A stretch of 64,000 bases of DNA from positions 19-64,018 of the forward strand of contig CAIKYO010000183.1 of assembly GCA_903831655.1 (NCBI GenBank), written 5' to 3'. This stretch comes from an uncultured Burkholderiales bacterium (GTDB taxonomy: Bacteria > Pseudomonadota > Gammaproteobacteria > Burkholderiales > Burkholderiaceae_C). Made by a program: the position numbers and the translations under genes. Shown here one piece after another: positions 55,729-64,000 of this stretch. The notes below the pieces were generated by a model. It was not told the origin of the DNA. It saw only the letters and a list, made by a program, of their open reading frames with translations, and did not search any database. Position 1 is the stretch's first letter. Each line of letters starts with the position of its first letter.

Positions 55729-55992
55729 ATGAGTCAATTTACACAACCTTCCTTTGGGCATTTTCCCCAAAAAGAGATCGACAGGTATTTGGATCCACAT
55801 CAAGCCAGAAGGCGAGCGCCCACAAGTTATGAGGACTTGTTGGGGGATGCGATTGAGCGAGCGTTTGGACTGGGGCATTGGGATTTGGAGGGTTTGGTTG
55901 CACGCTTGAACCAAACCGGACCCATGGGACCCAATGGTGAGAGATGGACCCCCGAGAGCTTTTCAAACGTGATCAAAACTTTGGGAGATTGA
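55729..55992 (+). CDS. Recombinase-like helix-turn-helix small protein
   Basis: YEDLLGDAIERAF.....L..L...LN..G...P.G..WT.ESF; start moved to MSQFT (GGAG upstream); abuts the oxygenase gene. Confidence 0.7.
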   Translation: MSQFTQPSFGHFPQKEIDRYLDPHQARRRAPTSYEDLLGDAIERAFGLGHWDLEGLVARLNQTGPMGPNGERWTPESFSNVIKTLGD

Positions 55993-55993
55993 G

Positions 55994-57028
55994 ATGAGCA
56001 CTGCACACACCATTCACTTGTCTGAGCAAAGCCCAAACCTCACTCCACAGGGGCTCATGGAGAGAGGTCTCTTTGATTTGTGGTTTCCCATTTGTCCATC
56101 CGACTTTGTCAAAGAAAAGCCCATCTCGCTTTGGCGACTGGGCTACAAGTTGGCCCTTTGGAGAGATGCACAAAACAAGGTTCATGCCTTGGAGGATCAT
56201 TGTCCTCACCGAGGAGCGCCTTTGTCGATGGGGGTTAACTTGGGGGACCGCTTGGCTTGCCCCTACCATGGGATTGAGGTTCGATGCGATGGTTTGGTCA
56301 CCAAAGTTCCAGCCAGTCCGGGTTGCACTTTGGAGGGCACGCACGCCACCCGCTCCTTTCACATTCAAGAGGTGCACGGTGCGATATGGCTCTACAACAG
56401 CAAACTGCCAGTAGAGAAGGCTCCCCCACTGGTGCTCCCCGAGGAGCTCACCAACCCTGAGTGGAGCAATTTCCTGTGTTACACAGAGTGGAGAGGCGAC
56501 TACCGCTACGTCATAGACAATGTGATGGACCCCATGCACGGTACTTTTGTCCACAAGCAATCGCATTCGATGTCTGAGGGGGACATCAGCGCTAAATTTA
56601 AACTGAGGAAAACCGAGCACGGATTCATGTTTGAAAAGGATGGACAGCGTGATGTGAATTTTGACTGGACCGAGTTTGGAGACACCGGTGTGCATTGGCT
56701 TCGCTTGGCCATTCCATATCCCAAAACGGGAGGTCCTGGTGGCAGCTTTGGCATCATTGGAAGTTACACCCCGATTACTCCCAATTTGTCTGCGGTCTTT
56801 CACTGGAGGTGCAGACGGGTGCAGGGTTGGGAGAGAGATGTTTGGCGCTTTCTCTACAAAAACAGGCTTGAAGCGCGTCACTGGGTGGTGCTTGAGCAAG
56901 ACCGCGTGATGCTTGAAAACATGGAGCCCAATGCCAACGAGAGAGAGCACTTGTACGAGCATGATGTGGGGCTTTCCAGGCTTCGCAAAATCATGCTCTC
57001 GACCGCTCAAAAGCAGTTGGGTGCTTGA
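55994..57028 (+). CDS. Rieske non-heme iron oxygenase, alpha subunit (VanA/phthalate dioxygenase-like)
   Basis: CPHR...CPYHG Rieske motif; DNVMDPMHGTFVH and EQD mononuclear iron ligands. Confidence 0.93.
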   Translation: MSTAHTIHLSEQSPNLTPQGLMERGLFDLWFPICPSDFVKEKPISLWRLGYKLALWRDAQNKVHALEDHCPHRGAPLSMGVNLGDRLACPYHGIEVRCDGLVTKVPASPGCTLEGTHATRSFHIQEVHGAIWLYNSKLPVEKAPPLVLPEELTNPEWSNFLCYTEWRGDYRYVIDNVMDPMHGTFVHKQSHSMSEGDISAKFKLRKTEHGFMFEKDGQRDVNFDWTEFGDTGVHWLRLAIPYPKTGGPGGSFGIIGSYTPITPNLSAVFHWRCRRVQGWERDVWRFLYKNRLEARHWVVLEQDRVMLENMEPNANEREHLYEHDVGLSRLRKIMLSTAQKQLGA

Positions 57029-57462
57029 TGCAAATCAAGCGCTTGGTCAATGAACTCGATCCTTGGAGCGAGCACATGACTTGGACCTCTGCTTGGCAAA
57101 TGGGCCAAGAGGTGGTGCTATCGGGTATGACGGCCAATCCCAACGCAAAGCCACCCCTTCTTGAGGGGGAGGAGCAAGGGGCAAGAGGACTCGACATGTA
57201 CTCTCAAACCATGACTGTGTTTGAGAAAATCGAGTCGTGGCTCAAAGTCGCAGGGGGTCACCGCTACAACTTGGTCAAGACGGTCATCTACGTGACCGAT
57301 ATAGCCTTGAAGGCGGAGGTTGGGCGGGCCAGGAGGGATTTCTTTGCAGGGAGCTTTCCCTTGTCCACTTTGGTGGAGGTCTCGGGTTTGGTTTTTCCTC
57401 AACTGTTGGTTGAAATCGATGCTTGGGCACGGTTGGACGTAGATATTCGACAAGCCAGCTGA
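57025..57462 (+). CDS. RidA/YjgF family protein
   Basis: V.LSGMTA, LVKTVIYVTD, R..FF....P.STLVEV..L....LLVEIDA. Confidence 0.85.
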   Translation: MMQIKRLVNELDPWSEHMTWTSAWQMGQEVVLSGMTANPNAKPPLLEGEEQGARGLDMYSQTMTVFEKIESWLKVAGGHRYNLVKTVIYVTDIALKAEVGRARRDFFAGSFPLSTLVEVSGLVFPQLLVEIDAWARLDVDIRQAS

Positions 57463-57503
57463 GCCTGAGCGGTTGTTAGATCGATTCTTAACAGGAGCAT
57501 TTC

Positions 57504-58280
57504 TTGGATTTGGGACTTAAAAACAAACGCGCCTTGGTGTGTGGTGCCTCCGCTGGTTTGGGCCTGGCTTGTGCTGAGGCTTTGGCCCGAGAGGGTGTTC
57601 ACATTTTGAGTGTGGCCAGAAGAGAGGAGCTCCTCAAGACAACTTGTGCGAGTCTTTTGGAATTGGGAGCTGCATCGGCCACATGGTGTTCAGCCGACAT
57701 CACCACTGAGGAGGGGCGCAAAGCGGTCTTTCAAATGCAAAGTGATTTTGACATCGTCATCACCAACGCGGGTGGACCCATGCAAGGGGATTTTAGGGGC
57801 TTCAAGAGAGAGGATTGGCTCAAAGCCATGGATGCCAATATGCTCACCCCCATTGAGATCACCAAGAGAGTTTTGGATGGCATGATGCAAAGGGGATTTG
57901 GTCGCATCGTGCACATCACATCCAGTGGCGTCAAACAGGCGGTGCCTGGTTTGGATTTGAGCAACGGAGTGCGCGCAGGTCTCACAGGCTTCATGGCTGG
58001 TTTGGCGCGCAGCGCGGTTCAAAGTGGAGTCACCATCAACCAACTGCTTCCAGGGACTTTTGACACCGATCGACTGGCGAGTAACTTCAAGGCACAAAGC
58101 CAAAGAACAGGCATTGACGCCCAGACTCTATTGACTCAACGACTTCAAAAGCACCCCGCTAAGCGACTGGGTCGCCCTGAGGAACTGGGTGCCATGTGTG
58201 CTTTTTTGTGCAGCCAATATGCTGGCTACATCAACGGACAAAATATACTCATGGACGGGGGCTCTTATTTAGGGGTTTAG
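57504..58280 (+). CDS. Short-chain dehydrogenase/reductase (atypical; LSNGVR replaces YxxxK)
   Basis: CGASAGLG, TNAGGP, TINQLLPG; TTG start after AGGAG. Confidence 0.88.
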   Translation: MDLGLKNKRALVCGASAGLGLACAEALAREGVHILSVARREELLKTTCASLLELGAASATWCSADITTEEGRKAVFQMQSDFDIVITNAGGPMQGDFRGFKREDWLKAMDANMLTPIEITKRVLDGMMQRGFGRIVHITSSGVKQAVPGLDLSNGVRAGLTGFMAGLARSAVQSGVTINQLLPGTFDTDRLASNFKAQSQRTGIDAQTLLTQRLQKHPAKRLGRPEELGAMCAFLCSQYAGYINGQNILMDGGSYLGV

Positions 58281-58337
58281 AGCTTTCTGCATTTTCTAAG
58301 AGTCTGTCGAGTAAGAGAGCACAACAGGGATTCAATC

Positions 58338-59246
58338 ATGACTTATTGCCCAGAGGGTTTCAAAATTGAGCGCCAGCGCACCCAAGGCGTCTGTGCTGAG
58401 GAGCCCATTGAGATCGAATACTGCATCGGGGGCAGGGGACCTGCGCTTTTACTCTTGCACGGATTTCCCCAGACAAAAGCCATCTGGCACAAGGTGGCAG
58501 GGCCTTTGTCTGAGCACTTCACACTGGTGATGCCTGATCTGCGGGGCTACGGAGCCTCCTCCAAACCCAAGGGTTCAATGGATCATGCAAGCTATTCAAA
58601 GCGAGCCATGGCTCAAGACCAAGTTGATTTGATGAGGGGGCTAGGATTTGATCGATTCGGACTGGTTGGGCATGACCGAGGAGCAAGGGTCTCTCACCGT
58701 TTGGCCAAAGACCACGCTCAGGTGGTGAGTCGCATGATGCTGCTCGATATCTCTCCAACACTCACCATGTACGACAACACCAGTCAAGCGTTTGCAACGA
58801 GTTACTGGCACTGGTTTTTTTTGATTCAGCGTGAACCCGTACCCGAGACCTTGATCGGATCGAATCCAGAATTTTGGATCAAGCAGCACATGGGTTCACG
58901 TTTTGCGGGTTTGGATATTTTTACGCCTGAGGTGTGGCAAGACTATTTGAAAGGTGCCAAGGACCCAGCGTGTGTTCACGCCATGTGCGAGGACTACCGT
59001 GCATCAGCAAGCATCGATTTAGAGCATGACAGGGAGGACTTGCGTGGGGGTGTGAAGCTTCAAATGCCCCTTCACGTTCATTGGGGCTCTAAGGGAGTGA
59101 TCGAGCGATGCTTTTCCCCACTTGAGGATTGGCGTGCGTGTTCAAACGCCGTGGTCACGGGCAATGCACTCGAATGTGGTCACTACATTCCCGAGGAAGT
59201 GCCACTTGATTTGGTGAAGTCGATTTTGACGTTCTTTGGCAGTTAA
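58338..59246 (+). CDS. Haloacetate/fluoroacetate dehalogenase-like alpha/beta hydrolase
   Basis: HGFPQ, GHDRGARV (Asp nucleophile plus two Arg), YWHWFF, CEDYRA, CGHYIPEE. Confidence 0.85.
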   Translation: MTYCPEGFKIERQRTQGVCAEEPIEIEYCIGGRGPALLLLHGFPQTKAIWHKVAGPLSEHFTLVMPDLRGYGASSKPKGSMDHASYSKRAMAQDQVDLMRGLGFDRFGLVGHDRGARVSHRLAKDHAQVVSRMMLLDISPTLTMYDNTSQAFATSYWHWFFLIQREPVPETLIGSNPEFWIKQHMGSRFAGLDIFTPEVWQDYLKGAKDPACVHAMCEDYRASASIDLEHDREDLRGGVKLQMPLHVHWGSKGVIERCFSPLEDWRACSNAVVTGNALECGHYIPEEVPLDLVKSILTFFGS

Positions 59247-59271
59247 AGCGCTTGGAGCCAGCGTTTTTTTT
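59245..59271. terminator. Probable terminator between convergent genes
   Basis: aaagcgct/agcgtttt stem (one G-U) followed by a T run. Confidence 0.5.
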
Positions 59272-60088
59272 ATGCGGCAGGTATGCACCACGGCGCGTTT
59301 TGCAAAATGGTGTCGTTGTACAAAGTCCAGGCACAAAACACAAAAAGTGCCAGCCCGCAAGCTCTAAAGCCGATTCGAGAGAGTTTTTCTCGCAGCGCAT
59401 GGTTTGAGGTTTCAAGCCCTTCCAGCGTTTTCCCGGGAGCCACAAACAACAACGCATGAGTGCCCTGTGGCTGTGATTCAGAGCGCGCAGAGTTGTTGGC
59501 CTGCACCCTCTTTTCAAAGTGATTGAAACCCCATTGAGCGAGCCACAAGGACAGACCGCTGCCCAGTGCAAAGCTCATCATGCTGAGCCACCCCATCAAA
59601 GGGGAGGCGGTGAGGGATGCCAGCATCAAGGCTGAGTAAAGCAGTCCACAGGGCAAGAGTGCCCAAAGTACGCCAACCAGGAGGGGTCCTGAGCGCCAAG
59701 ATTGCAGGGTATCTAGACCCAGATGTGATTGAATCCACCGCCAAATGTGACGGGCTCCTTGGTCAAGCCAAAGCGGTTGAAAGGCAAAGAGCAACAAATA
59801 AAGTCCCGTAAAGAGTCCGATGACGTGGATGAAGTTCCAAAGGGGTTGGAGCAGCACGAGTTTGACAGAGAGCTCTCCAAGGGCTTGCATGGACAGGGCA
59901 GCCATTGCGCCTAAAACTCCGTATCCTAGAATTCGCCCCACCTGAAAGCTCCAGGCTCTTTCTAGGGCAGATTGCTCAGAGGTGTTTTTACACAGTGCTG
60001 CGCAGGCGCCCCCGCACATCAGTAGGCAATGTGGACCACCGAAGAGGCCCATCAAAAATGAGGCCCAAAGCGTTGAGCTTGCGAGCAT
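59270..60088 (-). CDS. DsbD_2/TauE-SafE-like membrane protein associated with cbb3 loci
   Basis: GGPHC..MCGG, FQVGRILGY, LLPCGLLYSAL. Confidence 0.85.
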   Translation of the reverse strand: MLASSTLWASFLMGLFGGPHCLLMCGGACAALCKNTSEQSALERAWSFQVGRILGYGVLGAMAALSMQALGELSVKLVLLQPLWNFIHVIGLFTGLYLLLFAFQPLWLDQGARHIWRWIQSHLGLDTLQSWRSGPLLVGVLWALLPCGLLYSALMLASLTASPLMGWLSMMSFALGSGLSLWLAQWGFNHFEKRVQANNSARSESQPQGTHALLFVAPGKTLEGLETSNHALREKLSRIGFRACGLALFVFCAWTLYNDTILQNAPWCIPAA

Positions 60089-60103
60089 GGTTAAAGGGAG
60101 GAC

Positions 60104-60361
60104 TCAGCGCTTTGAGTGCTGATCTTTGCCCTCGGGTTCTCGCATCAGTAAAAAGCTGATGAAGCTCGAGAGTGCAGTGGCGGACCAAAACACAAAAAAG
60201 GAACCCGTGTAGATGAGCTGAGTGGGGTTTTCGCTGTTGATGAATTGGGACTGCATCTGGGAGGGGTCAAAGACCGCAAAGAAAATCATCTCCAACATGC
60301 AAGCGCTCAAGAACCCTGGCCACACGATTTGCATCAATTTCCAAAAGCTCATGGCGCTCAC
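60104..60361 (-). CDS. Small membrane protein of betaproteobacterial cbb3 loci
   Basis: IVWPGFL.AC.LEMIFFA.FDP, YT..FFVFW. Confidence 0.75.
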   Translation of the reverse strand: MSAMSFWKLMQIVWPGFLSACMLEMIFFAVFDPSQMQSQFINSENPTQLIYTGSFFVFWSATALSSFISFLLMREPEGKDQHSKR

Positions 60362-60702
60362 TCCTTGGTGCCAATGGGATCCTTGCCAAACAACATGCCC
60401 TCATTGGAGCGAACGCTGTTGGAGGTCATGTGATTGTGCCTGATCTGCTCAGCACTCAGTTGCGGGGCTGAGAGATGCAGGTGTTCATCTGAGCCCATCA
60501 TGGCCACATATCCTGTCCATAGGGCTGCGAGCACCACGCAAAGTGGTCCCATCAAGACGAGCCAGAGGTAACTCTCACGCCACCAAGGTTTTGGGGGAGG
60601 AGTGATGGCGCTTTTCTCACGTGCTTCAGGGGCGTAGGATGCGTTGAGAGTCAAAGTGGATTCTCCTTTAGTGGCTCGGGACCAAGAACGTGGTGGCCTC
60701 AC
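60358..60702 (-). CDS. ccoH: FixH/CcoH-like protein (short)
   Basis: KPWWRE...WLV..GP..VV..A..T motif; directly downstream of ccoG. Confidence 0.7.
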   Translation of the reverse strand: MRPPRSWSRATKGESTLTLNASYAPEAREKSAITPPPKPWWRESYLWLVLMGPLCVVLAALWTGYVAMMGSDEHLHLSAPQLSAEQIRHNHMTSNSVRSNEGMLFGKDPIGTKE

Positions 60703-62095
60703 TCAAGGTGTGATTGGAGTGGGTGGGAGTTAGAGTCAAGAATATTTTATGCGAGCCGCTTGTGTCAATTTCGGCGGGAACCGAGACCCTCAATGCGAAC
60801 CACTCTGACTGGGCGGCTTTGACCGTGAGGGTTGAGGGTGTTTGGAGTTGAATTTGGTCCAGCCCTTTGACACTCAAGTGGTAGGTCTCATCCTCTTCGG
60901 AGGCATTCATGATTTGAATGCGGTAGATGTTTTCCAAAATCATGTGGTGTTGACTGTCTTCGCTTAGGCGAGACATGGCACTTCGGTCTCTCACGATGTC
61001 GAGCTTGAAGGGGGCTTGGGTTAGCAAGTTGTAGAGCATGACGCTTGAGAGGCAAGTCAACAAGAAGGCGTAAATCAAAACGCGAGGTCTGGCGATCGTG
61101 CCCAGAAGGCTGACGCTCTTTGCTCCCATTTTTTGTGCGCGTTCGGTTGAAAAACTGATCAGCCCAGTCGCGTAGTTCATTTTCTTCATCACTGGATCGC
61201 ACACATCGGCGCAGGCCCCGCATCCAATGCATTCGTACTGTAGACCATCCCGGATGTCGATGCCAGTTGGACAAACTTGAACACACAAATTGCAGTCTAC
61301 GCAGTCTCCTAGCCCCTGCGCTTTAATGGCAATGGGGTCTGCATTTTTGGATCGATGTCCACGACTCTCACCGCGCTGCTGGTTATAGGTGACGATCAAG
61401 GTGTCTTGATCAAACATGGCGCTTTGAAACCTTGCGTAAGGGCACATGTATTTGCAGACCTGCTCTCGCATGAAGCCTGCGTTACCATAGGTTGCAAAGC
61501 CGTAGAAGACAATCCAAAACAAGGACCACCCAAACACTTGCGCGTGCATGACAGAGTCAGCCAAGGTGCGTGCTGGGACAAAATAGGCCACAAAGCTAAA
61601 ACCAGTGATCAGTGAGATGGCGATCCAAATGCTGTGTTTGATGAATTTCTTCAAAACATATTGCGCGCTAAAGCTCGATTGATCGAGTTTCATGCGCTGA
61701 GGTCTCTCACCCTCGACCAAGCGCTCGATGTACATGAAGATCTCGGAGTAGACGGTTTGTGGACAAGAAAATCCACACCAAACCCGACCTGCAATGGCCG
61801 TGACCAAGAACAAGGAGAGGGCACAACCCACGAGTAAACCCGTCAAGTAGATGAAGTCTTGGGGATAGAGAACGAGAGAGAAGATAAAAAAGCGTCGATT
61901 CTCTAGATCAAAGAGCACGCTAGGTCTGGAGCCCCACTCGAGCCAAGGCAAACCATAAAAGACGGCTTGAGTGAGAAAGACGCAAATCCACCTCCAAGTG
62001 GCATAGCGGCCTTGAACGGTTCTGGGGTAGATTTTCTCAGCCGATTCATAGAGTGAAACGGTGATGGGGCGTGAGGCTGTGTCTTGGTCGTTCAA
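60668..62095 (-). CDS. ccoG: Cytochrome c oxidase accessory 4Fe-4S protein CcoG/RdxB
   Basis: GRVWCGFSCPQT, CKYMCPY, CVDCNLCVQVCP, CIGCGACADVC. Confidence 0.95.
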   Translation of the reverse strand: MNDQDTASRPITVSLYESAEKIYPRTVQGRYATWRWICVFLTQAVFYGLPWLEWGSRPSVLFDLENRRFFIFSLVLYPQDFIYLTGLLVGCALSLFLVTAIAGRVWCGFSCPQTVYSEIFMYIERLVEGERPQRMKLDQSSFSAQYVLKKFIKHSIWIAISLITGFSFVAYFVPARTLADSVMHAQVFGWSLFWIVFYGFATYGNAGFMREQVCKYMCPYARFQSAMFDQDTLIVTYNQQRGESRGHRSKNADPIAIKAQGLGDCVDCNLCVQVCPTGIDIRDGLQYECIGCGACADVCDPVMKKMNYATGLISFSTERAQKMGAKSVSLLGTIARPRVLIYAFLLTCLSSVMLYNLLTQAPFKLDIVRDRSAMSRLSEDSQHHMILENIYRIQIMNASEEDETYHLSVKGLDQIQLQTPSTLTVKAAQSEWFALRVSVPAEIDTSGSHKIFLTLTPTHSNHTLSEATTFLVPSH

Positions 62096-62101
62096 GGTCT
62101 A

Positions 62102-63055
62102 TCAATTGTTATTGGGGGGACTTGGTGGTGCATTTGCGCTCGTCTGAGTCCCCTCTGAGTTTGAAAATCTCCAAACATAGGCGGTGAGCACTCTAATCTG
62201 AGAGGTACTTAGACGGTCTTTTTGCGCAGGCATTTGATTGATTTTGCCATTGTTGATCATGGCTTCGATGGCTTTTTCGCCGTATCCATGCAACCAAATG
62301 TGGTCAGTCAAATTGGCTGAACCGATGTCGGTGTTGCCTTTTCCATCGACTCCGTGGCACGCCGCGCAGACCATGAATTTGGCTTGACCAAGGGCCGCTT
62401 TTTGGGCGTCATGCGGACTGCCAGAGAGGCTCAATACATAGTTGGAGACATTCTCCACATCCACTGGGCTCCCAACTGCAGCTGCCATTGGAGGCATTTG
62501 TCCCATTCGCCCCAATGTGATGGTTTCTTGGATTTTCTCAGGCGTGCCGCCATGTAACCAATCTTTGTCCGTGAGGTTTGGAAAACCTTTGGAGCCTTTT
62601 GCATCGTAGGCATGACATTGTGCGCAATTGTTTAAAAACAAGTTCGAAGCCATCGACATGGCATCTGCGTCTTTGGCCATGTCTGCAATGGACATGGAGT
62701 CGAACTTTGCATACAAGGGGGCAATTTTCGCTTTATTGGCTTCAGTGTCCGCATTCAGTGCGCCTGCGGATGACCAATTGAGTGTTCCTTTTGAGTCACC
62801 CAGGCCAGGATAAAGGTAGAGGTACCCCAGTGCAAAGAGAACGGTCAGGATGAAGAGGTAGACCCACCAAAGTGGTAGCGGGTTGTTGTCCTCCTTGAGG
62901 TCCTCGTCCCAGACGTGAGCAACATGGGTGCCATCGCTCTCACCGGGATGGGTGGTTTTGGAGGTTTTCCATAAGAGGAGCAAGCACGCAAAGATACCCA
63001 AGAGGGCAATGGCTGCAATGTAGTAGGACCAAAAGGAGGAGGTGAAGTCACTCAT
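62102..63055 (-). CDS. ccoP: cbb3-type cytochrome c oxidase subunit III
   Basis: HVWDEDL.E.NNPLP.WW; two CxxCH hemes (CAQCH, CAACH). Confidence 0.95.
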   Translation of the reverse strand: MSDFTSSFWSYYIAAIALLGIFACLLLLWKTSKTTHPGESDGTHVAHVWDEDLKEDNNPLPLWWVYLFILTVLFALGYLYLYPGLGDSKGTLNWSSAGALNADTEANKAKIAPLYAKFDSMSIADMAKDADAMSMASNLFLNNCAQCHAYDAKGSKGFPNLTDKDWLHGGTPEKIQETITLGRMGQMPPMAAAVGSPVDVENVSNYVLSLSGSPHDAQKAALGQAKFMVCAACHGVDGKGNTDIGSANLTDHIWLHGYGEKAIEAMINNGKINQMPAQKDRLSTSQIRVLTAYVWRFSNSEGTQTSANAPPSPPNNN

Positions 63056-63060
63056 GGTAA

Positions 63061-63204
63061 TTAATCTTCAAGGAAGGGGTATTGGGCAGCTTCTTGGAAC
63101 TGACTTTTTTTCCTGGGATCGAGTGCCCAGGCGACGATGCCGATGAAGATGAGAAAGCTCACCACGGTCATGACGATTCGAACGGTGTTGATGTCAAAGT
63201 TCAT
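63061..63204 (-). CDS. ccoQ: cbb3-type cytochrome c oxidase subunit IV (47 aa, not in the ORF track)
   Basis: My translation: MNFDINTVRIVMTVVSFLIFIGIVAWALDPRKKSQFQEAAQYPFLED; lies between ccoO and ccoP. Confidence 0.9.
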   Translation of the reverse strand: MNFDINTVRIVMTVVSFLIFIGIVAWALDPRKKSQFQEAAQYPFLED

Positions 63205-63225
63205 AAGTTAACTCTCTAGATCTGT

Positions 63226-63855
63226 TTATTTGAGTGCAAGCCCCAAACTTTGCAAATAGGCAATCAGGGCTTGAAGTTCAGTTTTGTCTTTGACTTGTTC
63301 CATTGCAGAGCCAATTTCTTCGTCACTGTAGGGTACCCCCACTTTTCTGAGTGCACTCATGTGCTGAGGGATGACGCTGGCGTCAAGCGTGGTGCTTTCT
63401 AGCCAAGGGTAGCCAGGCATGTTGGACTCGGGGACCAAGTCTCTGGGATTGTGCAAATGGATTTTGTGCCAATCGTCGCTGTACTTGCCGCCCACGCGTT
63501 GAAGATCGGGTCCTGTTCTCTTGGAGCCCCATTGGAAGGGGTGATCGTAGACGAATTCACCAGGCTCGGAGGCGTGTCCATAGCGCATGGTGTCTCCCAC
63601 CAGTGAGCGAATCATCTGTGAGTGACAGTTGTAGCAACCCTCTCTCACGTAAATGTCTCGACCTGCAAGTTGCAGCGGGGTCAAGGGTTTCACGCCCTCA
63701 AGGGGGATGGTGGTGGACTTTTGAAAAAACAAAGGCACAATTTCAACCAATCCCCCAAAGGAGATCACAAGGACAATGAGCACAATCATGAGAAAGTAAT
63801 TGGTCTCAATTTTTTCGTGGCTAAATCCTGAGGATTTCTGATCAGACATCGTCAT
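63226..63855 (-). CDS. ccoO: cbb3-type cytochrome c oxidase subunit II
   Basis: GRDIYVREGCYNCHSQMIR, WGSKRTGPDL, SNMPGY. Confidence 0.96.
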   Translation of the reverse strand: MTMSDQKSSGFSHEKIETNYFLMIVLIVLVISFGGLVEIVPLFFQKSTTIPLEGVKPLTPLQLAGRDIYVREGCYNCHSQMIRSLVGDTMRYGHASEPGEFVYDHPFQWGSKRTGPDLQRVGGKYSDDWHKIHLHNPRDLVPESNMPGYPWLESTTLDASVIPQHMSALRKVGVPYSDEEIGSAMEQVKDKTELQALIAYLQSLGLALK

Positions 63856-63861
63856 TGCTCC

Positions 63862-64000
63862 TTATGCGTTGCGCTGTGTGTGGGAGAGTTCAGGAATGGC
63901 CACTGAGTCCGATTTGCCCTGAGCAATTGTCTTCCAAGCATTCCAAGCCATCACCACCATGCCGAGGAAATAGAGCAAGCCTCCGAAGACACGAATGACG
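63862..64000 (-). CDS. ccoN: cbb3-type cytochrome c oxidase subunit I, C-terminal fragment (gene runs off the window)
   Basis: Reads VIRVFGGLLYFLGMVVMAWNAWKTI...; stop at 63862, immediately upstream of ccoO. Confidence 0.88.
   Translation of the reverse strand, partial: VIRVFGGLLYFLGMVVMAWNAWKTIAQGKSDSVAIPELSHTQRNA

Noticed and set aside
55729-55992. 'Recombinase-like' protein as evidence of a mobile element or shufflon
   Set aside because: Only 87 aa, with no catalytic serine/tyrosine recombinase domain, and embedded in a catabolic operon.
59270-64000. cbb3 locus lacking ccoI/ccoS as an unusual feature
   Set aside because: In betaproteobacteria these genes commonly lie upstream of ccoN, which is outside the window.
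1-64000. CRISPR arrays, rRNA, tRNA, IS elements, toxin-immunity pairs or XVIPCD-type effectors
   Set aside because: None recognised by eye: no regularly spaced repeats, transposase motifs or effector domains. A tRNAscan/Infernal/HMM run would be needed to exclude short or divergent elements.

Overview
64 kb of apparently chromosomal DNA of about 50% GC, probably from a Burkholderiales betaproteobacterium. That assignment is inferred from six Bug/TctC solute receptors and the ccoNOQP-G-H gene order. I support about 70 CDS and recognise no rRNA, tRNA, CRISPR array, integrase, transposase or relaxase. (1) 1-19.9 kb holds transport and catabolic genes: Bug receptors, a NitT/TauT ABC transporter, secreted hydrolases including a B3-like metallo-beta-lactamase fold, cupins and an LLM monooxygenase. 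(2) 20.06-34.31 kb is the standout: an intact, translationally coupled 13-gene operon. A type IV secretion core (virB8-virB9-virB10 only) runs directly into an R64-like type IVb pilus set. That set comprises a chimeric VirB9C-OmpA-TcpQ protein, pilN, pilP, pilO, pilQ, pilR, pilS, a Cys-rich secreted adhesin candidate, pilM and a short pilV. There is no VirB4/B11/D4, relaxase, prepilin peptidase or shufflon in the window. (3) 35-44 kb holds a CoxS/CoxL-like molybdoenzyme pair without a flavoprotein subunit, a class V aminotransferase and a MmgE/PrpD protein. (4) 44.3-58.3 kb is a 16-gene orphan aromatic or N-heterocycle catabolic cluster (Rieske oxygenase, extradiol dioxygenase, TPP enzyme, aspartate dehydrogenase, RidA) with a candidate IclR operator, followed by a fluoroacetate dehalogenase-like gene. 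(5) 59.3-64 kb is the cbb3 oxidase locus, with ccoN truncated by the window edge. All family calls come from motifs recognised by eye; no database search was run.
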